Positions 53,657 to 64,000 of a stretch of 64,000 nt of DNA are shown piece after piece. A model generated the notes under the pieces. That model made no database searches. It saw nothing but the letters and a program-made list of their open reading frames with translations, and had not been told where the DNA came from. Position numbers and translations under genes: made by a program. Numbering within the stretch: position 1 is the stretch's first letter; each line of letters starts with the position of its first letter. Source of the DNA: Podarcis filfolensis (Eukaryota); the NCBI GenBank assembly GCA_964270895.1, contig OZ185444.1, one strand, 5' to 3'.

Positions 53657-53874
53657 ATTCACGGCACTTGCAGGAGAGTAAGGCTGCGACAGACTGCTGA
53701 GGTATGTGTGGGAAAAGCGAAAGTAAAGGCTTTTCTGTTGCCGCGGCAGCCCTTTGATGTCCGGCAAGGCCTAATTGGCCTGGGAGCTGAGCCAAGCAGG
53801 CTTCGTGATTTATGAGAGCCAAGATAAGGAGTCTTTGAAGGCATAAAGGCTCCCGGCTGAAGCAAATAGCTGAG

Positions 53875-56800
53875 ATGGATCTTTTAGAATCCTCTGAAGC
53901 TGCTCCGTGTCCACTAAAGCTAAATGGCCACAACTATCAGACCTGGGCAAGGTACTGTGAGGGCCAGATGAGAAGGCTTGGTGTGTGGAATACTATTTCT
54001 GAGGACCCCCCAGCCCCTGTGACAGATGAATGGAGGGCACAGGACTCGAAAGCCATGGGGGTAATTTTGCTCTCAGTAGCTCCTGAAGAGTTAATCACCC
54101 TGGCTGGCAAGGCCAGTGCCCGTGAGATGTGGGACGGGCTTAGAGCCTGTCATCTCCGACAAGAGGCTGGGTCTGTGTTGCTTTATTTCAGAAAGCTGCA
54201 CAGGAAGCGTTTGGAGCCAGGGGAAGACCTTAGAGCCCACGTTTTACATTTGCAGCATCTCCGACAGGAATTGACTCAGAGAGGTTTCAATATGCCTGAG
54301 TCACTGTTTGCAATTCTCATCCTGGACTCCCTGGATGAAAGCTATCATGCCGTGTCAAGTCAGCTGGCGACCCTCCCTGCGCAAGACCTCACTGCTACAA
54401 AGGTCTTGGCGACTTTGCAAAACGAATACGACAGGAGAAATGCAGCTGAATCGGCTTGTGCGCTTCAGGGGGAGCAATGTGGGACAGCATTCCAGCCTCC
54501 AGGGGGAGCCAAAGCATTGGCAGCTGTGAAGTGCTGGAACTGTGGGAACCAAGGTCATACTCAGAAGTTTTGTCGAAAGACTGGAAATAAACAAAGGAAA
54601 AAGCCTGCAGATGGCCCGAAGCAGAAGGGGAGTGGAAAGCCAGGGAAAAACACGGCTATGTTTGCTGGCACAGCTCCACCAAAGGCTAAAGGCAAGTCTG
54701 ATGGCCAGGAGCAGGGGGGCAAGCTGCAAAAGCCCACGCTGGTGGAAAACAAGGTTTTGTTTGCCAGCAAATCTGCTTCGAAGGGGAAGGCCAGGTTTAT
54801 TGTTGACTCAGGTTGCACGCGCCATCTCAGCAAAGACCGCCATCTGTTTGTCTCCTTCACACCTCAAGATGGAGAGGTCCAGCTGGCTGATGGAAGGACT
54901 TTGCAAGCTACAGGAGTTGGAACTGTGAAACTTGCATGTCTGAATACGACCATTAGCAATGTACTTTTTGTTCCAGGAGCTGCGGACAATTTGCTTAGTG
55001 TCCCACAGCTAAATCGGCGTGGTTTTGAAATTACCTTCAAGAGGACTGTCTGTGTCATCAGAAAAGGCAAAGAGGACATTTTGCATGCAAAGTTGTTGGA
55101 TGGTTTGTTCTGTCTAACTTATGATGATGTTCCTGTTATATCTAATGCTGATACTTGTTGTGTTGCACAAACTAACAAGGTTCTTCATGCAGGTTGCATT
55201 CATGATGCACATCGAAGATTTTGTCACCTCTCTTGGCAAGCGCTAGCCAAGATGCCTGAGTTGGTTGAAGGTTTGGACATCAAACCTTGTAAATTTCACA
55301 TGAAATGTGTATCTTGTGCAGAGAACAAGGTGAAGGTTGCTCCAAAAGGCAAGGAGTCTAGCAGGCAGGCTTCCAAACCCTACCAGTTAGTTCATGCAGA
55401 CCTGGTAGGTCCTCTAGCGCCCTCTTTGGGAGGAGCAAGGTACTTTATGGTTCTAATTGATTCTTTTTCCAGGTACATTCATGTGTTTATGCTCGAGCAG
55501 AAATCGCAAGCATTTCCTAAGTTCAAGGCATTCTGTGCTTGGTTGGAGAATGCTCATGGTAAACGTATTGGCTGTCTGTTTACTGATCGGGGCGGGGAGT
55601 TCACTTCTCAGCAGTTTGAAGCTTTCCTGACTGAGAAGGGAATCCAGCATGACTTGTCAACGCCTAGATCGCCATGGATGAATGGGCTTGCGGAGAGAGC
55701 AAATCAAACGTTGCTGCAAGGCATAAAAACCTTGTTGCATGATGCCAACCTCCCTGAGAAGTTTTGGGGGGAGGCTCTCTCGAATTTTGTTTACACTATT
55801 AATCGCAGACTGTCATCACCTATTGGCTGCACTCCCTATGAGAAAATGTTTGGTAAGAAACCTAACACCAAGCACTTGAGAATCTTTGGTTCTGACATGT
55901 GGGTACACACCCCACAAAGCAACAAGCTTGGGAAGCGTGGGGCACATGGTTTGTTCATGGGGTACGATAAAGGTGCATACAGAGTATGGATGACTAACTC
56001 TAAATCCATAAAATTCACAAGGAGTGTTGAGTACAATCCCAAGTGGGGGGAAAATGTGGGAATTTTCCAGAGTTACCCAGAGGAGGATGAAGGTGATGTG
56101 AAGAAAGCAGATCATGCTGAGAAAGCTGAGGAAACTGAGGATGATGATGATGATGATGATGATGATCAGAGTTCGGATTCCAGTTCAGTGGGCGGCGCTG
56201 CTGCTGCTGTCAGTGACAGTGATGACACAGCAGACTACAAGAGCGCAAAGGCCTCAGTCAGACCATCTGATGCGTCTGACAATGAACTGGAAGAACCACT
56301 GTTCACCATTGGTCACTTTTCTCCTAAGAAGGAGGAGATGAGTCCAGAAGACTTGCGTCTAGTTCGCAGGTCTGAAAGGGCGACCAAAGGCAGACCTCCA
56401 AAGAGATTTGCTGATGAGTTTGCTAAGACGGCAACAGCTGTTCTTAGTAGCTCAGAGAAGGTGTGGGAACCTTCAAGCTTCAAAGAGGTCCAGGAGCTAA
56501 CCTCTAAAGATGCTGAGCCTTGGCTTAATGCCATGAAGGCTGAAGTTGATTCCTTAAACAGGAACCAAACTTGGGAGCTGGTACCGGTAGTCCCAGGGAT
56601 GAGACTGGTTGGCAGCAAATGGGTCTTCAAGGCCAAGACAGACCAGAATGGCAAGGTTGTCAGACACAAAGCCAGGTTGGTTGCCAGAGGTTTTTCACAG
56701 GTACCAGGGCAGGATTACCACGAGACCTACTCACCCACGGTCAAATATGAGAGCATTCGGCTGATGCTCAAGATCGCTGCGGAGGAGAAACTGCATGTTT

Positions 56801-57999
56801 CCCATCATGACATAAATACAGCTTTTTTGTACGGGATTTTGGCGGAGGAGCTGTACATGCTTCCACCTGACGGGATGCAGATACAGAAGGGAATGGTCTG
56901 TAAACTGCGGAAATCCTTATATGGTCTCAAGCAGAGTGCCAGGTGTTGGAACACAAAACTCACTGAAACGTTGCTTTCTCTAGGTTTTCACCAGGGCAAA
57001 GCTGATCCGTGTGTGTTTGTCAAGGAGGAGGGGCAAAACAAACTGTATTGTTTATGTTTTGTTGACGATCTTCTGATGTTTTGGAAGAATCAGGCTTTCT
57101 ACCAAAGCTCCCTAGCTCAGCTGAAGGAGCACTTTGACATGAAGGATCTTGGTGAGGTATCCAACTATCTTTCTCTGCAGGTGGAGAGGGACCAAGCAGG
57201 TAATTTTCTGGTACACCAAACACAGAAAATTGCTGATGTATTAACCAGGTTGAATTTGGTTGATGCAAACCCAGCAGACACACCGATGGTGACAGGTTAC
57301 CAGGTAGACAGTACTGCTGAAGCGTTTTCTGACACAACGCTGTACAGATGCATTCTAGGCAAGTTGAATTTCATTGCTAGATGTTCAAGACCTGACATTG
57401 CTGTAAGCACTAACCTGCTTAGCAGACATGCTAACAATCCTACTGTTCAGGATTGGAAAGCTCTGAAGCGCATAGCCCGGTATTTGAAAGGGACTATGCA
57501 CTACAGGCTGAGGTTCACCAGTCAGAAGACTGGAGGTCTTGAAATCTTTGCAGATGCAAGTTTTGGAAGTGACACCACGGATGGTACAAGCACTTCTGGA
57601 GTATGCTACATGTACAACCACTGCCTGTTTGACTGGTTGTGCAAAAAGCAGACAACAGTTAGCCTAAGTTCCTGTGAAGCAGAACTCAATGCTCTGTCAT
57701 TTTCACTCATGGATTGTGAATGGTTGATGCAACTGTTTAAGGACATTGGGGTTTCTGTGAAATGTCCTATACAAGTGTATCAAGACAATAGATCTTGTTT
57801 GGCTTTGCTGAACTCGGAGAGTTGCAAGCAAAGGACCAAGTACTTGCAGATTAAGCTACATCGTGCAAGAGAGTGTATTCAGAAAGGACTCATTCAGGTG
57901 TCCTACATGCCAGGAAATGAAATTCCTGCTGATCTGTTGTCTAAGGTTGTTAACAGAGAACAACTTAAGGTTTACGCACAAAGGTTGCAATTGGGTTGA
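53875..57999 (+). CDS. gag-pol: Copia Gag-Pol polyprotein, 1374 aa
   Basis: N-terminal LNGHNYQTW gag motif; CCHC knuckle CWNCGNQGHTQKFC (54532-54573); protease FIVDSGC (DSG at 54805); HHCC (HRRFCH...CVSC); integrase HADLVGP/TDRGGEF/NGLAERAN; RT KWVFKAK, DINTAFL and FVDD (57058-57069); RNase H FADAS/SSCEAE/QDN/PADLL. No stops or frameshifts. Confidence 0.98.
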   Translation: MDLLESSEAAPCPLKLNGHNYQTWARYCEGQMRRLGVWNTISEDPPAPVTDEWRAQDSKAMGVILLSVAPEELITLAGKASAREMWDGLRACHLRQEAGSVLLYFRKLHRKRLEPGEDLRAHVLHLQHLRQELTQRGFNMPESLFAILILDSLDESYHAVSSQLATLPAQDLTATKVLATLQNEYDRRNAAESACALQGEQCGTAFQPPGGAKALAAVKCWNCGNQGHTQKFCRKTGNKQRKKPADGPKQKGSGKPGKNTAMFAGTAPPKAKGKSDGQEQGGKLQKPTLVENKVLFASKSASKGKARFIVDSGCTRHLSKDRHLFVSFTPQDGEVQLADGRTLQATGVGTVKLACLNTTISNVLFVPGAADNLLSVPQLNRRGFEITFKRTVCVIRKGKEDILHAKLLDGLFCLTYDDVPVISNADTCCVAQTNKVLHAGCIHDAHRRFCHLSWQALAKMPELVEGLDIKPCKFHMKCVSCAENKVKVAPKGKESSRQASKPYQLVHADLVGPLAPSLGGARYFMVLIDSFSRYIHVFMLEQKSQAFPKFKAFCAWLENAHGKRIGCLFTDRGGEFTSQQFEAFLTEKGIQHDLSTPRSPWMNGLAERANQTLLQGIKTLLHDANLPEKFWGEALSNFVYTINRRLSSPIGCTPYEKMFGKKPNTKHLRIFGSDMWVHTPQSNKLGKRGAHGLFMGYDKGAYRVWMTNSKSIKFTRSVEYNPKWGENVGIFQSYPEEDEGDVKKADHAEKAEETEDDDDDDDDDQSSDSSSVGGAAAAVSDSDDTADYKSAKASVRPSDASDNELEEPLFTIGHFSPKKEEMSPEDLRLVRRSERATKGRPPKRFADEFAKTATAVLSSSEKVWEPSSFKEVQELTSKDAEPWLNAMKAEVDSLNRNQTWELVPVVPGMRLVGSKWVFKAKTDQNGKVVRHKARLVARGFSQVPGQDYHETYSPTVKYESIRLMLKIAAEEKLHVSHHDINTAFLYGILAEELYMLPPDGMQIQKGMVCKLRKSLYGLKQSARCWNTKLTETLLSLGFHQGKADPCVFVKEEGQNKLYCLCFVDDLLMFWKNQAFYQSSLAQLKEHFDMKDLGEVSNYLSLQVERDQAGNFLVHQTQKIADVLTRLNLVDANPADTPMVTGYQVDSTAEAFSDTTLYRCILGKLNFIARCSRPDIAVSTNLLSRHANNPTVQDWKALKRIARYLKGTMHYRLRFTSQKTGGLEIFADASFGSDTTDGTSTSGVCYMYNHCLFDWLCKKQTTVSLSSCEAELNALSFSLMDCEWLMQLFKDIGVSVKCPIQVYQDNRSCLALLNSESCKQRTKYLQIKLHRARECIQKGLIQVSYMPGNEIPADLLSKVVNREQLKVYAQRLQLG

Positions 58000-58023
58000 A
58001 CCACAGGTACTACAGGTTACACG

Positions 58024-58036
58024 GAAAGGGGGAGGA
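58024..58036 (+). promoter_or_regulatory. Polypurine tract
   Basis: GAAAGGGGGAGGA directly abutting the 3' LTR TG. Confidence 0.93.
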
Positions 58037-58404
58037 TGTTAGGATATTTCCGTTCCACCTTAAAAGGGTGCAGGATGTTTGTATAACACCCTGCGTAAGT
58101 TCCTGTCTCACAGGATGTTTATGCTATATGTTCCTTTCGATTTTGTCTGTCTTGCCTGAGCAGTCGGAGGAGACGGTCATGATTTCTTTGTTCTGACCTA
58201 CGCTGAATAAAACTGTAAATATGCAGTTCTGCTCTCATGCTGTGCAACTTCTGTTGTGTGAATTCTGCTGAAAGAGTGTGCTCTAAGCCAGAGGCTTAGT
58301 GTCGCTGAATTGCTGATATTGCCTGACTACGGGAGGTCGATGGATCGTCCGGCATCCGAGCTTGGGGCTCAGATGGACCTTATCTCCCTGGCAGTATCCC
58401 AACA
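58037..58404 (+). repeat. 3' LTR (368 bp)
   Basis: Same sequence as 53272-53639, followed by the TSD AATGG. Confidence 0.98.
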
Positions 58405-59003
58405 AATGGATCTACCAGGTTATACATTGGTGAAAATAATTATTTTTTGGAATGAGGTACCACTTTGGCACTTGTTTTTTTATTCAGGCTGATTGCTGCT
58501 GGTTGATAATTTGCTATCTGGGAATGACATGGGTTTTTTTATATTCCTTATATTCCTTTAACCCAGGGTCTGATTGAGCTTATCTTACACATTCCTTTTA
58601 AAATTGTATTAATGCATCACAACATTGACCAAAACACTAGGGCTTATGTGCAGTTTAAATATTGGTAAATACCGTTACTGAGGACAGAACTCTAGTGTAC
58701 TTCAGCTAGTAGACACAGAAGACACATAAAAGCATAAGGAAATTGAAAATAAAAAGAAATTATTATTAATAATAATAATTTTATTTGTATCCCACCCTCC
58801 CCTTCCGGAGCTGGGCTCAGAGTGGCTAACATCATATAAAACACAATATACATAAAAACAAACAAAAAAACAATTAAAATGCACCCCAAAATTAATTCAA
58901 ATAAATTAAAATTAAAATTAGACTGGACGAATAGCCATCCTCAAGTTAAAATTGAAAGCGGTTAATAATAAACAAAACCAAAACATGCTAGCTTCTATAA
59001 TCT

Positions 59004-59159
59004 NNNNNNNNNNNNNNNNNNNNNNNNNNNNNNNNNNNNNNNNNNNNNNNNNNNNNNNNNNNNNNNNNNNNNNNNNNNNNNNNNNNNNNNNNNNNNNNNN
59101 NNNNNNNNNNNNNNNNNNNNNNNNNNNNNNNNNNNNNNNNNNNNNNNNNNNNNNNNNNN
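59004..59159. other. Assembly gap (156 N)
   Basis: Run of N. Confidence 1.
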
Positions 59160-59766
59160 GTTTTTCAAGGAATTATCCAGCCATGCATCCAAAATGGAGT
59201 GTCTTAACAGCCAAGTTTAAGCCAGTAGCTAAGTACTTCAGAACCTTGGCCAGTTCCATAGCTCCAGTCTGAAGATATCATGTCCTAAGCACACCATTTT
59301 AAGATACCTCTAAGACTGGGAGGTGGGGTGAGGGCGTCGTGTGCCTATGACATTCAGCTCCTCCTGTGCGTATTCTCCATGGGTTCAGAAGCTTAATTAC
59401 CTGTGCAGATTGTATTCCCAACCAATCTGGAGCATTTCCTTGAAGTCTGCCCTCCCATGGAGATTTATAATTAATATACAGCAGCATAGGGGAGTTTTAA
59501 ATGTTATCCAGTTCAGGCTCAAACTTAAGGAGATTTCTCACACCTGTCTATTTTTATCATAATCCAACTTGGTTTCTGGTAGTTTAACCATCTGGCTGGC
59601 AGGAAGTCTTTCTTGATTAAAGAAAGAGTGCACAATGGGCGTGACTCTGGTCATAGAATTTGCATTTTCAGAAGTGCATGAGGCCAGTATTGGTCAGGCC
59701 AGCTGTGCAGTATGTAGTAAATAAAGCAACCCCTGTGTTGCAAAATATGAGTCAGCAATATCAAGA

Positions 59767-60190
59767 GATGGCCAGAAACAATAAAAATGTGAACAACTTT
59801 ATGGAATAATTCAAAACATCAAACAACTAACAAAGTCTCTGAAAGACTGGCACTGTGATTCATTTAAAGACTTTCAGAGACTTTCAGAGACTTCAGTTTG
59901 TTAGTTTTGATGTTTTGAATTACAGTGGTACCTCAGGTTACAGACGCTTCATTTTACAGACTGCGCTAACCCAGAAATAGTACCTCAGATTAAGAACTTT
60001 GCTTCAGGATGAGAACAGAAATTGCGCAGTGGCAGCACGGCGGCAGCGGGAGGCCCCATTATCTAAAGTGGTGCTTCAGGTTAAGAACAGTTTCAGGTTA
60101 AGAATGGACCTTCAGAACGAATTAAGTTCTTAACCCGAGGTACCACTGTATTCCATAAAGTTTTTCACATTGTTATTGTTTCTGGCCATC
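59767..60190. repeat. Palindromic element (about 200 bp net) interrupted by the 59923 MITE
   Basis: Left arm GATGGCCAGAAACAATAAAAATGTGAACAACTTTATGGAATAATTCAAAACATC...; the right arm is its reverse complement once the MITE is removed. Confidence 0.8.
59923..60148. mobile_element. Tc1/mariner-type MITE (226 bp)
   Basis: 18-bp TIRs CAGTGGTACCTC(A/G)GGTTA; TA TSD (59921-59922 and 60149-60150). Confidence 0.92.
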
Positions 60191-61502
60191 ATGTTGCTTT
60201 TGATATTGCCAGCTGTGCAGTATGGCTACACTTGAATTCTACCAAAATGCAAAGGTACAGAACATCACACATACAACCTTTCAACCACTGTTCTTGTTGT
60301 GGAGTGATCATATGGCTGCATGTCAGAATTCGTTTAGAGGGCACTTGATTTCTTGCCCACTGAGACTCATAAATATATATGTAAAAATACAACAGTATTT
60401 GCATGTGAAATATTTTGGTTTAAAAATAAAATCAAAATAAACCAGGAAGGTCTTTCGACGGATCTAACTGAAATGGGGAAAAAAATTGGGTGTGAAATGG
60501 AGTGTAGGATTGCTGCCCTTGTTGCTGTCATTTAGTTCGTTTTAGCGGTTAATAAGACTGGTTGCTTTTAAACAAAGACAAATATCTGGCAATGGAACCC
60601 CAAAAAGAACTGGCAGTGAAAGCAATAAAAAGCTAATTTAAAAATTATAGCATCCTAATAACTCTGTCAGATGCTCACAAGGGGAGGATGATGCTTGCCC
60701 GGACTTTATCTCTGTGGTGTTCTGAGGACAACCACGTACATTCCATTTTAATTCTCTAGGGTTTATTTGCCAATCCTTACAGTGTGTTTTCATGCTGAGC
60801 ATTGTTCAGAACCTATTGCGCTCATATAGCCTTTGGATCTCGATCCTGTTTGCTAAATTATTATGTTTCTAAGTCATGTATATGTATGTATGTCCATATA
60901 AAACCAGCATGATATTTACAGTTATTCTGCCATCAAGCCAAATCTGAACATATATACATTCTTTCCCCCCCCCCTTTTCTTTTTTTACTGAAAGAGGATC
61001 AGAGAGAGTTCAAAATGTATTAGCTTTGCTTCTTCTGTCAGATGGTTGAAAAATGATACAGCATAGACATCTGCATCTTGTTTACCTGCTCTAGCTAGAA
61101 CCTTCTTTTCAGTTTATTAGGATCCAGTCTCTGGCAATCTGAGCAATCCCTTTCTTTTCCCCTACATCCCAAGCTTTAGTACAAGAAATGACTGTGAATT
61201 GCAGGTTTAGCAAGTCTGGAACTGGTGACTCAATGGTCCAAAAGTCACAAGAGATGCTGCACTAGGGTACCAATCAAACGTTAAACCCTACCCCCAAAGA
61301 GCTACTGCATTCATTCAGTACAGCAGTTTCATGGTGAAGCTATAAGGCAATTTCCAACACAAGAGTGCTGTTGACTTCTTTGTGGATCATATAGTTGGTA
61401 CAAATCATGATATTGTTGGGATCCAGGGTTGTAACACCAGCTGTGGCTTTCATACTAAGTCCCAGGGCATGGCCTGCAGGCATATGGTATAGTAACCTTG
61501 TT

Positions 61503-61600
61503 GAAGTTAAGCAGGTCTGGTCAATGTCTGGATGGGAGATACCTGGAAACCTTGTGTAAGTTTCCTGGAGTTCCATCATGAAAGAAAATTGAGATATGAA
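61503..61600 (+). mobile_element. 5S rRNA-derived SINE-like fragment
   Basis: GAAGTTAAGCAGG-TCTGGTCAATGTCTGGATGGGAGATACCTGGAA aligns with the 5S internal control region (GAAGCTAAGCAGGG...TGGATGGGAGACCGCCTGGGAA), followed by a LINE-like tail. Confidence 0.65.
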
Positions 61601-64000
61601 TAGAAAGGAAGAAGAAAACACCAGTGTTGGAATGCTACCATTAAGTTCTAAAAGCAGTTTACTCATGCAGTAACCAATAATATTCAACCATATAATTGGA
61701 GTGCCTCTTCATATTGTCACTCATACAAAGGAGACATTGTCATGAATCTTTTGCATTTGAAGATTATCATGTAAATGACCTTTAGATTTTTGTGCAGATC
61801 CCATTATTCTGAATCCCAGCCATACTGCTCTGTCTTTTCCCCCATGACAGACACAGAAGTATGTCTGCAAACAGTGTTCTCCTGGGTTTTTCTGTAAAAT
61901 CAAAGACTTTCTGTGTACTGGACAATCTTGCTCCAGTTTTTAGGATCATACTTGCCATATACTACAGGAAGAGATACCTTCATACTTATTTTTGCTGGCT
62001 GACCCACAAGATGGCACTAAAGAGAAAAGCGACAATTTTCCTAATAAAAAGTGAAAAGCAAATGCAGGAGACCATATGTTGAATCAATGTTATTTTAATT
62101 AGAAGCATGCTTCTTTCATTGTCAGTTACATTATATTTTGTGACAATCCCTAAAGCTAAATAACTGAAAAGATGGTTCATTTTTGCTCGATTAGCTGTTA
62201 CTTTTGAAAGTAAATGAATAAGACTTAAATTGTGTACCATTCCAGAACACTATCTCAGAATCATGTGCATATTGTCATCAAACTGATGTTCGTAATTGTT
62301 TCCTGCTGCAAAGCACATATATAAAATATCAAACAAGAAAACAAATTGGCTTGATGCTTTTCCTAAAATGATGATGATGATGGTATCTGCAATCCTGGTG
62401 ACACTTAGATTACTTACATCCCATTGACATCATCCAGCACTTTAACTGGTAGTATTTGAACAAACAAAGGTAAATTAAGTTGCATTAGAACATAATACAT
62501 TTTCCTCCATCTGCAACTAACAAAACAATACCCACTCGCATAAGGCTGTAATTCTAATGTTCAGGGTTGTGCTGTGAATGTGCCATCCTGTTTTAGGCTT
62601 ACTTCAAAGTCAATCCTATTGAAGTAAGCAGGATTTGTGTCTGAGTGCATGGGAATATGACTGTCCTGCATGGCTGCCATCTGATGACCACTTTGGGGAA
62701 GTACGGTAAATAAATTTAGTAAACCCATTTTTTGAGTATGCAAATTGAGGGTAAGGTGGTAAAATAGTAAAGGGATACTTACATAATTGCTCTTAACCAG
62801 TGACAGAAGTCTGCAAACTGGAGATTTCTGATCATGGATTTGTTGTAATGAGGACTTAAAAGGGTGTGTTGTGTGTAAGAAATACTGCATTCAGAATCCC
62901 CCAGAGCTCAGACACAGCTCTCTGAGAGAGGATATGTGCAGTCTTAGTCCAATACATCTATGCCCCTGAGCAGCATTATAGGGGGGCTTCAACCAGAATC
63001 CTCAGAAGGGCAGTAAGATTTTGCTATCTTGCACACTGTTATCACTATCAGAAATGGGACAATGATGGATACATTCAAAGTAACTTGCACTGAGTGAATC
63101 CATACTTTTGAACTATGAGTTTTTATGACAATGGTTAGCTATTTAAATAATTCATTTTAAGCAGCAGAAAATGGAACACATGAGTAAAGCGGAAAGAGAA
63201 CCAAAGGCACTGAGATATTTCCAACTGAAAAATACAGAAAATATTGACATTTAAAGGGTAGATTAAAAAAAAAGCCTGTGTGGAAATATTTCTGCATATG
63301 GAGCTCAGGGAAAGAAAAATGATGGGACTACATCATAGCTGGAATGCACAAAGTAATGAACAACATAAAGAACAGCACTTCCTGTTACAGTGGCAAAAAT
63401 AAAATCTATGCATTTCAAACTAAAAGAAGAAAATACTTTTAATGCAATAATACATCAGTGACACATAGAACTCTGTTGCAAAATGTAACCAAGGGCAAAA
63501 ATATAACACTTTTCAAAGTTTTAGAGATGGAGATGAATTAAACTACTCGTGCCTTAAATTAATTATGACAACAAAATTAGGGATGAAGATATTTAAACAC
63601 TGAAGAAAATGCAAACAATTTTCCAAGGAAAGACTTATAATCATTTTTTGGTCTGATCCCATGCACTGTTAGATGCACCTAATCTGGCTGATTTCAGAAC
63701 CTATGTTACATCACAAGCTGGGGCTGTAAGCCAGTTCAGGGCATCATGCTGGCACAAGATGTCACCAAAACCTGGAGGTAGCCCTGGGCATACTTATGGC
63801 ATAGCACAGCCTAGTTCAAAAGACTGGACATAAGGGAAGTCATTGCTGAAATGAGGACACAACTGCTTATCAGTGCGCTGCTAGGACATGAGTTCAGCGT
63901 CCAGAGAAATGCTAGACCAGAGGGGCTGGCACTCTAGGGAACGCAATCTCTTCCGTAGCAAAAATATATTTGTTCAGATGTGTACCTTTTAGAAATTGGG

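Larger units (their letters stand above)
53272..58404 (+). mobile_element. Full-length Ty1/copia LTR retrotransposon, structurally intact
   Basis: TG...CA LTRs at 53272-53639 and 58037-58404; 5-bp TSD AATGG (53267-53271 and 58405-58409); PBS after the 5' LTR; PPT before the 3' LTR; single ORF in copia domain order PR-IN-RT-RH. Confidence 0.98.

Noticed and set aside
54308-57621. Short ORFs overlapping the copia ORF on both strands
   Set aside because: Alternative-frame shadows with no recognisable motifs; no env-like ORF, as only 37 nt separate the stop codon from the 3' LTR.
1-64000. CRISPR arrays, operons, rRNA genes
   Set aside because: Eukaryotic repeat-rich DNA; no repeat-spacer arrays, and the 5S-like match is partial and diverged.

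Overview
A 64 kb repeat-rich, essentially non-coding stretch of a squamate genome, most likely a lacertid lizard (inferred from the Sauria SINE subfamily, Bov-B and MITE content). It has one 156-N assembly gap. No host protein-coding gene could be identified, although several orphan exon- and promoter-like segments suggest a large intron or a region of alternative first exons. The dominant feature is a complete, apparently very recent Ty1/copia LTR retrotransposon (53272-58404). It has two 368-bp LTRs in which I found no difference, a 5-bp TSD (AATGG), a half-tRNA-iMet PBS, a PPT and one intact 1374-aa Gag-PR-IN-RT-RNaseH ORF. The most unusual signal is how this element relates to initiator tRNA-Met. 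Its leader is complementary to most of the tRNA 5' half (nt 1-16, 22-25, 26-39), and its U5 carries a 15-nt same-sense copy of tRNA nt 42-56. This suggests a primer-capture or tRNA-mimicry structure. The tRNA sequence was recalled from memory and should be verified. Also present: four Sauria SINEs with TSDs, two Bov-B 3' fragments, CR1, L1 and RTE relics, two solo LTRs with open acidic frames at their 5' ends, hAT and Tc1/mariner MITEs with several nested insertions, a near-perfect 462-bp tandem duplication, a dense E-box cluster and two palindromes.
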